From the NCBI GenBank assembly GCA_016286445.1, contig JAEESS010000007.1, positions 3,318 through 67,317 of the forward strand: 64,000 nucleotides of DNA, in the 5' to 3' direction. The position numbers and the translations under genes are program-made. Positions 36,420-44,892 of the stretch are shown piece by piece; position 1 is the first letter of the stretch; every line of letters begins with the position of its first letter. The DNA comes from Bacillota bacterium (GTDB lineage: Bacteria > Bacillota > Clostridia > Christensenellales > CAG-138). Under the pieces are notes generated by a model. It was not told the origin of the DNA and did not search any database. It saw nothing but the letters and a program-made list of their open reading frames with translations.

Positions 36420-37535
36420 ATGAAAAAGATCATGACTGTATTCGGCACACGGCCGGAGGCAATCAAAATTTGCCCGCTCGTCAATGAAATGAAAAAACGG
36501 GCGGGGCTGCAGGTCGTTGTCTGCGTGACGGCGCAGCACCGGCAGATGCTGGATCAGGTGCTGGAAACGTTCGGCGTCGTGCCGGATTACGACCTGAACA
36601 TCATGAAGGACCGGCAGACGCTGTTCGACATTACGACCAACATTCTGAACGGGATCAAGGCGGTGCTGGAGAAGGAAAAGCCGGACGTCGTGCTTGTTCA
36701 CGGCGATACCAGCACGACGTTCGTCACGGCGCTCGCGTGTTTCTATCTGCAGATCCCGGTCGGACATGTGGAAGCGGGGCTTCGGACGTACAATATTTAC
36801 AGCCCGTATCCGGAGGAATTCAACCGCGAAGCCGTTTCGATCATCTCGCAGTATAACTTTGCGCCGACGCCGCTGTCCCGTGACAATCTGCTGCGCGAGG
36901 GAAGAAAGGCGGAGAATATCTATGTCACCGGCAACACGGTCATCGACGCGATGCAGCATACGGTGAAAGCGGATTACTCACATCCCGAATTGGATTGGGT
37001 CGGCGACGGCAAGCTGATCTTTATTACGGCGCACCGCCGCGAAAACCTCGGCGAGCCGATGCATCATATGTTCCGTGCTATTCGCCGCGTCCTCGACGAG
37101 CATCCGGAGTGCAAGGCGGTCTATCCAATCCATATGAATCCGGTCGTACGGCAGGCGGCGGACGAGGAGCTCGGCGACTGCAAGCAGATCCATATCATTG
37201 AGCCGATCGAGGTCTTTGACTGTCACAACTTTGAAGCGCGGTCCTATCTGTGCCTGACCGATTCCGGCGGGATCCAGGAGGAGTGTCCGTCCTACGGCGT
37301 ACCGGTACTGGTCATGCGCGATACGACGGAACGTCCCGAAGGCGTCGATGCCGGGACGCTGAAGCTGGTCGGTACGAATGAGGAGACGATCTACAATACC
37401 TTTAAGCTGCTGCTTGAAAACAAAGAGGAATACGAGAAGATGTCGCACGCATGCAATCCGTACGGAGACGGACACGCCTGCGAACGCATTGCAGACATTC
37501 TGGAAGGCAAAGCCTATACTCCTTGGGAACCGTGA
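36420..37535 (+). CDS. wecB: UDP-N-acetylglucosamine 2-epimerase (non-hydrolysing)
   Basis: MKKIMTVFGTRPEAIKICPLV...VLVHGDTSTTF...HVEAGLRTYN...LTDSGGIQEE. GC-richer than its neighbours. Confidence 0.9.
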   Translation: MKKIMTVFGTRPEAIKICPLVNEMKKRAGLQVVVCVTAQHRQMLDQVLETFGVVPDYDLNIMKDRQTLFDITTNILNGIKAVLEKEKPDVVLVHGDTSTTFVTALACFYLQIPVGHVEAGLRTYNIYSPYPEEFNREAVSIISQYNFAPTPLSRDNLLREGRKAENIYVTGNTVIDAMQHTVKADYSHPELDWVGDGKLIFITAHRRENLGEPMHHMFRAIRRVLDEHPECKAVYPIHMNPVVRQAADEELGDCKQIHIIEPIEVFDCHNFEARSYLCLTDSGGIQEECPSYGVPVLVMRDTTERPEGVDAGTLKLVGTNEETIYNTFKLLLENKEEYEKMSHACNPYGDGHACERIADILEGKAYTPWEP

Positions 37536-37565
37536 CCAGGGATCGTTTTGCGGAACAAGAAGAAA

Positions 37566-38720
37566 ATGAAACAGACGGAACAGATCTTATTGCAAGCGAT
37601 ACAAAAATCGTTATGGGGTCGTGACATTGCATTTTCGCCGGATACCGATTGGAAAGCTGTGCTGGATGAGGCGGAGAAGCAAACGATATTATGCATTGCG
37701 ATTTCGGCTGCACCGGCAGAGTATCAAAGCAAATACCAAAGCAGAGCAGGTTTCGGCGTTGCACATTTTATTCGGATCCTGCATTTTCAGTCTGCTTTGT
37801 GCGAGCTGTTTCAGGCAAACGGTATCCCTATGGTAATTCTGAAAGGGACTGCGGCTGCAATCTATTACCCGAACCCGATGCAGCGTACAATGGGCGATAT
37901 CGATTTTCTTGTTCCGGAAGAGTCGTTTGAACGGGCAAAGGAATTGCTTGATTTGAACGGGTATCGGATTGCCGAAGACCCTCTGTATCCGCGGCACATC
38001 GAAGCCTGCAAAGAAGGTGTCTCTTTCGAGATGCATCGTTTTTTCACGAATGACGACGGAGTTGACGTCGACCGTTTCCTTTTTGCGGGCATGCAGAATA
38101 TAAAGACCGGTAGGATCTATCATTCGGAGTTTCCTATGCTGCCTGTCATGGAAAACGGTTTGGTACTGCTTGCACATATTGCGCACCACCTTCGTGCCGG
38201 ATTGGGACTTCGTCAGATGATCGACTGGATGATGTTTGTCGATCAAGAACTGGATGATGAGCTTTGGCTGCAATCATTCAAAACTGCGGCGGAACAGACC
38301 GGTCTCGATAAATTGGCGCGAACGGCGACAAAAATGTGTCAGATGTATCTCGGACTGTCGGATCGGATCAACTGGTGCAAAGATGCGGACAGCAGACTAT
38401 GTGCGGAACTGATGGATAATTTGCTGTCCTCCGGAAACTTTGGGAAGAAAAGGGGGTCCGGGTTACAGGTTGAAAGTGCGGTCTCACACCTTAAGAGAAA
38501 GGGCTTCCGATATCTGCAGCAAGCCGGAGAGTATAACTGGAAGGCATATCATAAGCATAAATGGCTGAAGCCGTTTGCGTGGATCTATCAGATCGGCAGA
38601 TATGCAAGGCAGGGATTGCAGACGAAACGAGAAGGAAAACAAATCATAGAGGACATCGGACGGGGAAAGAAACGAAGCGATCTATATCAGAAACTGATAC
38701 CGGGACAATCAAAGGAATAA
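37566..38720 (+). CDS. Uncharacterised nucleotidyltransferase-family protein (NTP_transf_5-like)
   Basis: ...ILKGTAAAIYYPNPMQRTMGDIDFLVPEESFERAKELLDLNGY... carries the GDxD nucleotidyltransferase signature of this family. Confidence 0.6.
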   Translation: MKQTEQILLQAIQKSLWGRDIAFSPDTDWKAVLDEAEKQTILCIAISAAPAEYQSKYQSRAGFGVAHFIRILHFQSALCELFQANGIPMVILKGTAAAIYYPNPMQRTMGDIDFLVPEESFERAKELLDLNGYRIAEDPLYPRHIEACKEGVSFEMHRFFTNDDGVDVDRFLFAGMQNIKTGRIYHSEFPMLPVMENGLVLLAHIAHHLRAGLGLRQMIDWMMFVDQELDDELWLQSFKTAAEQTGLDKLARTATKMCQMYLGLSDRINWCKDADSRLCAELMDNLLSSGNFGKKRGSGLQVESAVSHLKRKGFRYLQQAGEYNWKAYHKHKWLKPFAWIYQIGRYARQGLQTKREGKQIIEDIGRGKKRSDLYQKLIPGQSKE

Positions 38721-38724
38721 AACA

Positions 38725-38760
38725 AAAGCGCCGGACAGGGTGACCTAATCCGGCGCTTTT
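38725..38760. terminator. Bidirectional intrinsic terminator between convergent operons
   Basis: AAAAGCGCCGGA (38725-38736) / TCCGGCGCTTTT (38749-38760), a perfect 12-bp stem with A/T runs on both sides. Confidence 0.8.
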
Positions 38761-38769
38761 GTTTTCGAT

Positions 38770-39849
38770 TTATGCCTTGTAGTACTCTTTATACCACTCC
38801 GCGAATCTGCGCAGACCTTCGCGGATGCCGATGGCCGGGCGGAAGCCGTAGTCGGTCTCGAGCGCGGCGCTGTCTGCATAGGTCACGGGAACGTCGCCCG
38901 GCTGCATGCCGACGAGCTCGCGGTGTCCTTCAAAGTCATAGTCTGCGGGCAGAACGCCGGCACGGACGAGTTCTTCCTGCAGCGTGGCGATGTAGTCCAG
39001 GAGGTTTTCCGGCGTGCCGCCGCCGATGTTGTAGACCGCGTAGGGAGGCAGGGGCAGCCCGTCCTCGCCGGTCGCTTTCTCCGGCGCGCCCTGCATGATG
39101 CGGATCACGCCCTCCACGATATCGTCCACATAGGTGAAGTCGCGCTTGCAGTTGCCGTAGTTGAAGATCTGGATGGTCTTTCCTGCGACCAGTTTTTGCG
39201 TTGCGGAGAAATAGAACATATCCGGACGGCCTGCGGGACCGTAAACGGTAAAGAAGCGCAGTCCCGTCGAGGGAATATTGTAGAGCTTACTGTAGCTGTG
39301 CGCCAACAGCTCATTCGACTTCTTCGTTGCCGCATAGAGGGAAACGGGATTGTCGACCTTGTCGTCGGTAGAAAACGGCACCTTCTTGTTGCCGCCGTAG
39401 ACCGAAGAGGACGAGGCATAGACCAGATGCTCCACCGGATTGTGACGGCAGGCCTCCAGGATATTGTAGAACCCGATCAGGTTCGATTCGATGTATACGT
39501 CCGGATGATCGATCGAATAGCGCACGCCCGCCTGCGCGGCAAGGTTCACGACGATTGCAGGCTTGTACTCCTGAAAGACGCGGTCGACCAGCGCTTTATC
39601 CGCAATCGAGCCCTTGACAAAGATGTGCCTGACGGGCGAAGTCTCCGCCGCCTGTGCGATCAAGGACAGGCGGTATTCTTTTAATGCGGGATCGTAGTAA
39701 TCGTTCATGTTGTCGAACGAAATGACCGTGCCGCCCTGCAGTTCTTTCAGAAGCCGCAGCACGAGAAACGCGCCGATAAAGCCCGGCGAGCCGGTGACGA
39801 GGATCGTTTTGTTGTTGAGATCAATGTGCTGTTTTCCCATTTGAGTCAC
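38770..39849 (-). CDS. NAD-dependent epimerase, UDP-glucuronate 4-epimerase type
   Basis: VTGSPGFIGAF...YASSSSVYGGNKKVPFSTDD...SLYAATKKSNELLAHSYSKLY...FFTVYGPAGRPDM closely follows the Cap1J/LpsL-type pattern. Confidence 0.8.
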   Translation of the reverse strand: MTQMGKQHIDLNNKTILVTGSPGFIGAFLVLRLLKELQGGTVISFDNMNDYYDPALKEYRLSLIAQAAETSPVRHIFVKGSIADKALVDRVFQEYKPAIVVNLAAQAGVRYSIDHPDVYIESNLIGFYNILEACRHNPVEHLVYASSSSVYGGNKKVPFSTDDKVDNPVSLYAATKKSNELLAHSYSKLYNIPSTGLRFFTVYGPAGRPDMFYFSATQKLVAGKTIQIFNYGNCKRDFTYVDDIVEGVIRIMQGAPEKATGEDGLPLPPYAVYNIGGGTPENLLDYIATLQEELVRAGVLPADYDFEGHRELVGMQPGDVPVTYADSAALETDYGFRPAIGIREGLRRFAEWYKEYYKA

Positions 39850-40583
39850 CCTTTGATTCCTTTGTATGTATTTTGTACGGTTTCGTAGCTTTCGAGATTG
39901 CCGATGTCATAGCGGCTGCCGGGCATTTCCATGCTGTACATGACGCTGTGACTGCACATCCATGCAACGAGTGAGCCCGGGGCGTCCGTACCGCAGCCGT
40001 CGGAAATGGCGTCTCGGATGCGGGCGGCGTCGGCTTTCGTGTAGAAATAAAACGGCGGCGTGCACCAGTGCGACTTCGGGCTCTCAGGTTTCTCCTCCAA
40101 AGAGAGCAGCCGTTCCTGTTCGTCGATCTCGGAGATGCCGAAGCGATGCAGCCTGTTCCCGTCCGGCTCGTAATAGCGCATCGTACAGGACGTGCCCTTT
40201 TTCAGAGCGTACCGAAGGAAGGACGTCAGCGAAAAATCCAGCAGATTATCGCCGGCAATGACCAGAAGGTCGTCGTTGAGACCCAGCTTGTCGATCGCAA
40301 ACTGAATATCGCAGACCGCGCCGAGCCGCGTTTCGTTGGTGCTTGTACCGTCGTCGACCACTGTGATCGGCAGTGTGTGCGCTTTTGCCCAAGCTTCAAA
40401 GTGCTGCGCGAACTTGTGATTTGTGATCACAATGTATTCATCAATCAATTTGACGGCGTCAATGTCCTCGATCAGCCAATCGAGGATCGTTTTTTCGCCG
40501 ACCTTCAAAAGCGGCTTCGGAAAGTTCTCCGTCAGCGGGTAAAGCCGGGTCGCGTACCCCGCGGCAAGGATCAAACACTTCAT
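39846..40583 (-). CDS. Sugar-1-phosphate nucleotidyltransferase
   Basis: MKCLILAAGYATRLYPLTENFPKPLLKVGEKTILDWLIE (G-x-G-T-R-L signature); 245 aa. Confidence 0.8.
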   Translation of the reverse strand: MKCLILAAGYATRLYPLTENFPKPLLKVGEKTILDWLIEDIDAVKLIDEYIVITNHKFAQHFEAWAKAHTLPITVVDDGTSTNETRLGAVCDIQFAIDKLGLNDDLLVIAGDNLLDFSLTSFLRYALKKGTSCTMRYYEPDGNRLHRFGISEIDEQERLLSLEEKPESPKSHWCTPPFYFYTKADAARIRDAISDGCGTDAPGSLVAWMCSHSVMYSMEMPGSRYDIGNLESYETVQNTYKGIKG

Positions 40584-40592
40584 AGCGGTACC

Positions 40593-41768
40593 TCACAGGC
40601 TTGCGCCGTCTGCACTCTCGGTGATGCGGACGGCATATTTTTCTTTCAGCTGCGGGAAATCTTTGCAATACGCTTCGCTGACTTTGCGTACGATGGATTC
40701 CTCGAATGCCGGGTCGATCAGCGCCATGCAGCAGCCCTTGAAGCCTGCGCCGCAAAACCGTCCGCCGTAGACGCCGTCGGTCTTGCGCAGGAGCTCGTAG
40801 AGCCGGATCTGCTCCGGCGCGCCGGATTCCCAGTTTTCGATGCTGCTTCGACCGGACTCGAACGACAGCCGTCCGAAGGTTTCGATGTCGCTTCTGCGCC
40901 ACGCCTCCGCACCCTGTTCGACCCGCTGAAATTCCGTATACCAGTGCTCGCAGCGCTTTGCCCACGGCTCGGGCAGTCGGTCCCTGTACCTGAGATAGAC
41001 CTCGTATGGGACGCTGCGCGCATTCGCTTCCGCAAACTTACCGTACTCCATGCCGGATAGCGCCATCAGCGCGTACACGCCCGCACGCAGCTCATCCACG
41101 CGCATATTGAACTTGGATCCCATAAGGCTGTGTTCGAGCCCGCTGAAAAAGATCGCGATCTTGTACGGCTTCATGGCGGGATCGGTCGGAATCAGTTCGA
41201 AACTGCCGTCCGCAGTGTCGAGATACAGCAGATGATCCTTTCGTCCCAAAACCTCGCAGCTTTGGTCCAGCTTGCCCACGTTGACGCCGACATAGTTTCG
41301 TTCCGCGTCAAATGCCGTGTCGATCAGCTCCTGCGGCGACAGATGGACGTCGTTGACCTTCGCAAGCGCGGAAAGGAACGCCAGCGTGACTGCCGCCGAG
41401 GACGACAGCCCGCCGATCGGAAGAGAGCCTTCAAAAACGCCGCAGACGCCGACGGTCAGAGGATGCATTTTTGCAAGCGCCCACGATGCGCCGCGCAGGT
41501 AATCTGCCCAGTCGTTTTGTCTGTTCGGCACGGCGGCGATATGCCACTGTGCGCGCTTCGGAAACTGCAGCGAAGTCAGTTCGACCACGCCGTTTTCCTT
41601 GGGACGGTAGGCAAAATGGATTCCCTGATCGATCGCAAAGCCGGTGATCTTGCCGAGATTGTGATCGGAGTGCGCACCGATCGGGCAGACCCGATAGGGG
41701 CTGAAGCTGAGCCCCTCGGGATCTTTGCCGTAGAGCTTATGGAATTGTTGTTCGCAGAGCCGGTGCAT
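40593..41768 (-). CDS. GHMP sugar-1-kinase of the galactokinase family (non-canonical, possibly uronate kinase-like)
   Basis: GHMP motif PIGGLSSSAAVTLAFLSAL. The N-terminal motif YRVCPIGAHSDHNLG replaces the canonical GRVNLIGEHTDY. Start MHRLCEQQF (CAT 41766-41768) lies 1 nt from the ugd stop. Confidence 0.8.
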   Translation of the reverse strand: MHRLCEQQFHKLYGKDPEGLSFSPYRVCPIGAHSDHNLGKITGFAIDQGIHFAYRPKENGVVELTSLQFPKRAQWHIAAVPNRQNDWADYLRGASWALAKMHPLTVGVCGVFEGSLPIGGLSSSAAVTLAFLSALAKVNDVHLSPQELIDTAFDAERNYVGVNVGKLDQSCEVLGRKDHLLYLDTADGSFELIPTDPAMKPYKIAIFFSGLEHSLMGSKFNMRVDELRAGVYALMALSGMEYGKFAEANARSVPYEVYLRYRDRLPEPWAKRCEHWYTEFQRVEQGAEAWRRSDIETFGRLSFESGRSSIENWESGAPEQIRLYELLRKTDGVYGGRFCGAGFKGCCMALIDPAFEESIVRKVSEAYCKDFPQLKEKYAVRITESADGASL

Positions 41769-41769
41769 C

Positions 41770-42993
41770 TCAATCCCTGCGGAACAGATCGCGCGTGTAG
41801 ACCTTGTCGGCAACGTCGCCGAGGATGTGCTCGTCGAAACGATTGGCAAGGATCACATCGCTTTCCCTCTTGAAGCGATCGAGATCGTTGACGACCTCCG
41901 AACGGAAGAACTCACTGCCGTTTTCCAGCGTCGGCTCGTAGATAATGATCGGGATGCCCTTCGCCTTGATGCGCTTCATGACGCCCTGGATCGCGGACGC
42001 GCGGAAGTTGTCGCTGTTCGACTTCATCGTCAGACGGTAGACGCCGACGGTGCGCGGGTTGCGTTTGATGATCTGATCCGCGATGAAGTCCTTGCGGACC
42101 GTGTTCGACTTGACGACCGCCTCGATCATCGTCTGCGGAACGTCCTTGTAGTTTGCCAAAAGCTGCTTGGTGTCCTTGGGCAGGCAGTAGCCGCCGTAGC
42201 CGAACGACGGGTTGTTGTAATGCCCGCCGATGCGCGGGTCCATGCAGACGCCGTCGATGATCATCTGCGTGTCAAGCCCCTTGGTCTGCGCGTAGGTGTC
42301 GAGCTCGTTGAAGTAGCTGACACGCACCGCAAGGTAGGTGTTCGCAAACAGCTTGATCGCCTCGGCTTCGGTGAGATGCGCAAGCAGTACCGGGATGTTC
42401 TGCGGGGCAGTACCCGCACGTTCTTCTTCGGCTCTCGCGCCTTCCAAAAGCAGGTCTGCAAACATCTGCGCTTCTTTCTTTTGCGTGTCGTCGCAGCCGA
42501 CCACGATGCGACTCGGATGCAGATTGTCGTACAGCGCCTTGGATTCGCGCAGAAACTCCGGGCTGAAAATGATGTTGTTCACACCGTACTTTTTGCGGAC
42601 GGACTCGGTATAGCCGACCGGGATCGTGGACTTGATGACCATCAGCACGTTCGGGTTGACCTTCAAAGTCCATTCGATCGCGTCCTCGACCGCGCTGGTA
42701 TCAAAGAAGTGGTTTTCGTCGTCGTAATTGGTCGGGGTGGCGATGATGACAAGCTCTGCGCTGCCGTACGCCGCCGCCTTGTCGGTGGTGGTGAAAAGGT
42801 TCAGCTTGCGAGAGCCTTCTCTTGCTTCGCGGAAGAAACGCTCGATCTCGTCGTCCTGGATCGGGCTGATGAATTGATTCAGCTTTTCGGCTTTCTTTTC
42901 GGTGGTCGTGATGGCGGTGACTTCGTGTTTCTGCGCCAGCAGAACGGCAAGGGACAGTCCCACATATCCGACGCCTGCAACGGTAATCTTCAT
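41770..42993 (-). CDS. ugd: UDP-glucose 6-dehydrogenase
   Basis: [20 protein letters not shown]...[16 protein letters not shown]...[14 protein letters not shown] (catalytic Cys). Confidence 0.9.
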   Translation of the reverse strand: MKITVAGVGYVGLSLAVLLAQKHEVTAITTTEKKAEKLNQFISPIQDDEIERFFREAREGSRKLNLFTTTDKAAAYGSAELVIIATPTNYDDENHFFDTSAVEDAIEWTLKVNPNVLMVIKSTIPVGYTESVRKKYGVNNIIFSPEFLRESKALYDNLHPSRIVVGCDDTQKKEAQMFADLLLEGARAEEERAGTAPQNIPVLLAHLTEAEAIKLFANTYLAVRVSYFNELDTYAQTKGLDTQMIIDGVCMDPRIGGHYNNPSFGYGGYCLPKDTKQLLANYKDVPQTMIEAVVKSNTVRKDFIADQIIKRNPRTVGVYRLTMKSNSDNFRASAIQGVMKRIKAKGIPIIIYEPTLENGSEFFRSEVVNDLDRFKRESDVILANRFDEHILGDVADKVYTRDLFRRD

Positions 42994-43017
42994 GTCGTTT
43001 CTCCTTTGTTTGATTTT

Positions 43018-44520
43018 TTAATCTCTGCGGAACAGGTCCCGCGTATAAACCTTTTCTTCGACGTCGTCCAACGCCGTATCATAGCGGTTGGCGATGATGC
43101 AGCCGCACATCCTCTTGAACTTCTTGAGATCGTTGACGACCCGGCTTCCGAAAAACGTGCTGCCGTTTTCGAGCGTCGGCTCGTAGATCACGACCGTTGC
43201 GCCTTTCGCTTTGATGCGCTTCATAACGCCTTGGATCGAGCTTTGCCGGAAGTTGTCGGAGTTCGCCTTCATGGTGAGACGGTAGACGCCGACGACCAGC
43301 TCGCGCTGCTTTTTCTCCTGCGCTTTGTTGTAGTTTGCCGAAGCCGTATAGCTGCCCGCGATCTCCAGCACGCGGTCCGCAATAAAGTCCTTGCGCGTGC
43401 GGTTGCTCTCGACGATCGCGGTCATCATGTTCTGCGGCACATGCTGATAGTTGGCTAAAAGCTGCTTCGTGTCCTTCGGCAGGCAGTAGCCGCCGTAGCC
43501 GAACGACGGATTGTTGTAATAATCGCCGACGCGCGGATCGAGGCAGACACCCTTGATGATCGACGCGGTGGAAAGACCCTTGACCTCGGCGTAGGTATCC
43601 AGCTCGTTGAAGAACGACACGCGCAGCGCAAGGTAGGTGTTGACAAACAGCTTGGTCGCCTCGGCTTCCGTATAGCCCATGAACAGCGTTTCGATCGGGC
43701 TTTTGATCGCGCCTTGCCTGAGAAGCGCGGCAAAGGTGTGCGCGGCGTCTTCCGTGTTCGGATCGCAGCCGACAATGATGCGGGAGGGGTAAAGGTTGTC
43801 GTAGAGCGCTTTGCTTTCGCGCAAAAACTCCGGACTGAAGATGATGTTGTCCGCTTGGTACAGCTTACGCACGTGCTCCGTATAGCCGACCGGAATCGTG
43901 GACTTGATGACGATGGTGGGCTTCGTTTCCCGCTCCTTGGTGCTTTCCAGGATCAGCCGGATCACCGCTTCGACCGCCGAGCAGTCAAAGAAGTTCTGCT
44001 TGGGATCGTAGTTGGTCGGCGCGGCGATGATGATGTAATCCGCATTCCGATAGGCGCCTGCGCCGTCGGTGGTCGCGGTTAAATGCAGCGCGCGTGTGCC
44101 TGCCTGCGCTTCGGCAAGATACTGTTCGATGTATTCATCCTGGATCGGCGAGACGAAGCGGTTCAGCTTTTCGACCTTCTCGGGCACGATATCGACCGCC
44201 GTGACGTCGTTGTGCTGCGCAAGCAGAACGGCAAGCGACATACCGACATAGCCGGTTCCCGCGACCGCGATCCTGCAGGAGCGCACGGCGTGCAGTTCGT
44301 GCGGCGCGGGGCTTTCCAGCACATCGCCGATCTCAAACCGCAGCACTTCGGACAGCGCCAAAAGCTGATTGATCGAGGGTTCATAGTCCCGGTTTTCGAT
44401 ACGGGACAGCAATGCGCGGTTGATCCCGGTCGCTTTGGAAAGCTGAAGCTGCGTCATTTTCATTGCCTTGCGCCGGGCGGCGACGGTCTGCGCCAATCGC
44501 ACAGGGGACAGTTTTCGCAT
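43018..44520 (-). CDS. XRE-type HTH domain fused to UDP-glucose 6-dehydrogenase
   Basis: N-terminal about 70 aa [41 protein letters not shown] (HTH_3/XRE). A full Ugd follows: [18 protein letters not shown]...[14 protein letters not shown]. Single frame, 500 aa. Confidence 0.85.
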   Translation of the reverse strand: MRKLSPVRLAQTVAARRKAMKMTQLQLSKATGINRALLSRIENRDYEPSINQLLALSEVLRFEIGDVLESPAPHELHAVRSCRIAVAGTGYVGMSLAVLLAQHNDVTAVDIVPEKVEKLNRFVSPIQDEYIEQYLAEAQAGTRALHLTATTDGAGAYRNADYIIIAAPTNYDPKQNFFDCSAVEAVIRLILESTKERETKPTIVIKSTIPVGYTEHVRKLYQADNIIFSPEFLRESKALYDNLYPSRIIVGCDPNTEDAAHTFAALLRQGAIKSPIETLFMGYTEAEATKLFVNTYLALRVSFFNELDTYAEVKGLSTASIIKGVCLDPRVGDYYNNPSFGYGGYCLPKDTKQLLANYQHVPQNMMTAIVESNRTRKDFIADRVLEIAGSYTASANYNKAQEKKQRELVVGVYRLTMKANSDNFRQSSIQGVMKRIKAKGATVVIYEPTLENGSTFFGSRVVNDLKKFKRMCGCIIANRYDTALDDVEEKVYTRDLFRRD

Positions 44521-44578
44521 GATATTCCTCCGGACGGGACTGAGTATCCGCTTGTAATATAAGACCCGTCACTGGCAT

Positions 44579-44607
44579 ATTATAACGGATCCGATCGCGC
44601 TTTGCAA
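44579..44607 (-). promoter_or_regulatory. Sigma-A-type promoter (TTGCAA-17-TATAAT, minus strand) for the HTH-ugd operon
   Basis: Minus-strand TTGCAA (plus 44602-44607), a 17-nt spacer, then TATAAT (plus 44579-44584). Confidence 0.5.
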
Positions 44608-44813
44608 CAGGATGTGACGGTTTTTCATCAATTATATAGATTTTAATGCAGGATGCGGGGATATTTTGTTATGAATAATAACATATCATGCGCAACACAG
44701 CAAATTGGGAAGGATTTGCCGGAACGATGCGGTTCGGCTGCGCCTGCGAACAAAGGAAGGTGCGCGGCGTGTGGACGGGGATACGGAACTTGTGCTTTTC
44801 AGAAGACCGTGAT

Positions 44814-44865
44814 ACAATGTAACAAACATACCGGGTAGATTTTGCCGCGCATAACAATGTAACAA
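44814..44865 (+). repeat. Direct repeat ACAATGTAACAA x2, starts 40 bp apart
   Basis: Identical 12-mers at 44814-44825 and 44854-44865 in the divergent intergenic region. Each contains the TGT-N-ACA half-palindrome. Confidence 0.7.
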
Positions 44866-44892
44866 GATCAACTATTATGACAGGAGACGGAA

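Noticed and set aside
41827-43458. 543-aa plus-strand ORF (likewise 7011..8375, 8382..9230, 9387..10208, 10174..11223, 49851..51329, 60128..61777, 61841..62944, 13950..15239)
   Set aside because: All lie antisense to genes with strong family signatures (ugd, malic enzyme, transketolase, GH13, LRR protein, surface protein, Wzz/kinase). They translate to Arg/Asp-rich sequences without motifs, which is the expected artefact in GC-rich DNA.
44653-44838. 61-aa Cys-rich ORF (…CGSAAPANKGRCAACGRGYGTCAFQKTVIQC…) in the divergent intergenic region
   Set aside because: It has only a weak RBS-like GGGGA and overlaps the predicted promoter and repeat region of the LCP gene, with no recognisable family. 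It cannot be supported from sequence alone and would need Ribo-seq.
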